Source: Nanobdellota archaeon (GTDB taxonomy: Archaea > Nanobdellota > Nanobdellia > Woesearchaeales > JAHIVG01). From it: DNA of 35,088 nucleotides. Both the position numbers and the translations under genes were made by a program. Shown here in pieces: positions 33,860-35,088 of the stretch (position 1 is its first letter; each line of letters starts with the position of its first letter). Location of the stretch: positions 1 to 35,088 of the forward strand of contig JBDRLS010000037.1 in NCBI GenBank assembly GCA_043812875.1, read 5' to 3'. The notes below the pieces were generated by a model. That model did no database searches and was not told the origin of the DNA. It worked only from the letters and a program-made list of their open reading frames with translations.

Positions 33860-33969
33860 AGCCTCTGGGGAGAGTTGCACTCCCGACCTTTGCCTTTCTG
33901 TCACTTCGTTCCGAACATTTCGTCCCGAAATGTACCAAGGCAACGCAATGGCTACTATGCTACAGAGGC
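33860..33969 (-). tRNA. tRNA-Thr (anticodon GGU)-like gene with a 37-nt intron at 37/38 and a non-canonical D/T-loop elbow
   Basis: The minus strand reads GCCTCTG-TA-GCAT-AGTAGCCA-TTGC-G-TTGCC-TTGGTA[CATTTCGGGACGAAATGTTCGGAACGAAGTGACAGAA]A-GGCAA-AGGTC-GGGAG-TGCAACT-CTCCC-CAGAGGC-T. Supporting features: a perfect 7-bp acceptor stem, 5-bp anticodon and T stems, U8, A14, G15:C48, U33, G53:C61, T54/A58 and U73. Deviations: the D-loop lacks GG (it has GC), and T-loop position 55 is G. A T-rich tract follows. Confidence 0.5.
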
Positions 33970-34129
33970 GAGCGAAGCGAGACTCAGTTGCTCGAAAATC
34001 TTTGATTTTTGTTGCTACAGAGGCGCATTCAACGCCTACGAATCACAAACCCTTTAAAAAACTTACTCCAAACTAGTTGAGGACAATAATAACGCATAAT
34101 TTATATAGGGGTTATGTTTTAGTTATGTC

Positions 34130-34597
34130 ATGATAAACTTACAAACTCGGGAACTCGTTCTGAAATGGAAGCATGAAGGCAAAAAGCAACAGCACATTGC
34201 GGAGTTGGTTGGCTGCCATCAATCCGCGATCAGTCGACTCATTGACAAATATGAGAAAACAGGAAGCGTCAGAAATCTGCCTCGAAGTGGTCGTCCGACG
34301 CCATTGACGAAAATAACGCTCTTAAAACTTAAGAAAGAATTCGAGAAACAAGCAAGAGCAGCAAATAAGAATTATTGTTCGATCGATGTAAAACAATTCG
34401 CCCAAATAATTGAGCATGAGACCAACAAAAAATATTCAGGTCGCCATGTCGAAAGAATCCTCCACAAGCTCGACTTCTCCAGGATAACACCTCGTCCACA
34501 GCATTTGAAAAATGATCCGAAAAAAGTAGACAAGTTCCGTCAAGAATTTAAAAAAAACTCAAAACGAAGTATGTGGGTCATGCAATTATCGCAATAG
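34130..34597 (+). CDS. IS630-family transposase, N-terminal HTH part (orfA)
   Basis: 155 aa. QQHIAELVGCHQSAISRLIDKYEKTGSVRNLPRSGRP is the typical IS630/Tc3 HTH-plus-GRP motif. Confidence 0.8.
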   Translation: MINLQTRELVLKWKHEGKKQQHIAELVGCHQSAISRLIDKYEKTGSVRNLPRSGRPTPLTKITLLKLKKEFEKQARAANKNYCSIDVKQFAQIIEHETNKKYSGRHVERILHKLDFSRITPRPQHLKNDPKKVDKFRQEFKKNSKRSMWVMQLSQ

Positions 34598-35085
34598 ATG
34601 AAGCAAGTTTTCATCTTACCACGACCTACAAGAAGATCTGGTTTCCTCGAGGAGAAACTCCTCGTGGCGCCTTTTTCTGGAGTAATAAGAAGCTGATCAC
34701 TTTCGGCGCATTGACGAGCGACCACCATTTTCATTATGACTTTTACGAATCCCAAAACAGTCTGACTTTCAAGCATTTTCTTCGAAACCTATTCGAAAAA
34801 CTGCCAAGGAGAAAGAAGTATGTGGTCATCTTGGACAATGCAGGATTTCACAAAACATGCTGCATACAAAAACTTTTCGAGGAATTCGCACCACGTATAA
34901 AAGTCGAATACCTGCCACCCTATTCGCCAGAACTCAACCCCATCGAGACCTGCTGGAAAGTCACAAAAAACAACGTGACAAAGTCACAATACTTCATAAC
35001 CATAGACGACATGCAAGACGCATTAGAAACCTACTGGTCAAAACACATTTTTATGCAAAACTTCATGCGTTACTTATGTCGCTAA
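34573..35085 (+). CDS. IS630-family transposase, DDE catalytic part (orfB, -1 frame)
   Basis: AIDEASFH (D1), VILDNAGFHK (D2), YLPPYSPELNPIETCW (E). Reading through in the -1 frame from the A8 run (34550-34557) gives ...QEFKKKLKTKYVGHAIIAIDEASF..., a fused transposase of about 330 aa. Confidence 0.8.
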   Translation: MGHAIIAIDEASFHLTTTYKKIWFPRGETPRGAFFWSNKKLITFGALTSDHHFHYDFYESQNSLTFKHFLRNLFEKLPRRKKYVVILDNAGFHKTCCIQKLFEEFAPRIKVEYLPPYSPELNPIETCWKVTKNNVTKSQYFITIDDMQDALETYWSKHIFMQNFMRYLCR

Positions 35086-35088
35086 CTA

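Larger units (their letters stand above)
34130..35088 (+). mobile_element. IS630/Tc1-mariner-family insertion sequence (minimum extent; termini not defined, right end beyond the window)
   Basis: Contains an HTH ORF plus a DDE (D,D,35E) ORF split by a -1 frame change at an A8 run. It is AT-rich relative to the core. Confidence 0.8.

Noticed and set aside
33799-34057. Two overlapping tracked ORFs (33799..34005 and 33875..34057) in the 475-bp gap before the IS630 element.
   Set aside because: They lie antisense to a complete tRNA-like cloverleaf. They have no promoter or motif support and odd composition.
1-35088. CRISPR arrays, rRNA genes, and tandem repeats longer than 20 bp.
   Set aside because: I noticed no regularly spaced direct repeats and no rRNA-like conserved stretches while reading the intergenic regions. 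The only multi-copy DNA elements found are the two 121-bp repeats and the short tRNA-end duplications reported above. A computational repeat search is still advisable.

Overview
This is a densely coded archaeal chromosomal window. The archaeal assignment rests on aIF2-gamma, ribosomal proteins S6e and L10e, a NOG1-type GTPase, a family-B DNA polymerase, class-III (pilin-type) signal peptides, and TATA boxes centred about 26-30 nt upstream of start codons. By eye the core is about 50% GC, with several AT-rich inserts. Many small orphan membrane or secreted ORFs and a bacterial-type TPI suggest an uncultivated, possibly DPANN-like, lineage; that placement is inference only.

Housekeeping genes I recognise:
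- Metabolism: purF-purD, tpiA, a PGM/PMM-family mutase, a nucleoside phosphorylase, msrB.
- Translation and GTPases: aIF2-gamma, rps6e, rpl10e, two Obg-class GTPases.
- Other enzymes: HAD, MBL and PHP hydrolases, a SAM methyltransferase.
- Membrane and small proteins: a CPA2 antiporter, an HPP-family membrane protein, PspC, DUF167.
- tRNA: tRNA-Ala(GGC).

Items worth a second look:
1. A family-B polymerase whose three exonuclease acidic motifs look degenerate. Its stop overlaps the start of a VRR-NUC nuclease, and an orphan ORF and a convergent PHP phosphoesterase follow.
2. Two 121-bp, about 92% identical hairpin elements with 16-bp terminal inverted repeats and 8-bp target-site duplications. 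Both look like MITEs and both sit immediately upstream of a TATA box.
3. A Cys-rich lipoprotein ending in a clear BPTI/Kunitz domain.
4. A tRNA-Thr(GGU)-like gene with a 37-nt intron and a non-canonical D/T-loop elbow. It lies between a degraded IS630-like remnant and an IS630-family element whose transposase is split at an A8 run.
5. An AT-rich 1-kb cassette downstream of tRNA-Ala, bounded by an imperfect copy of the tRNA 3' end.

I saw no CRISPR array and no rRNA. All calls come from reading the translations and the DNA by eye. No database search was run, so every family assignment needs HMM or BLAST confirmation.
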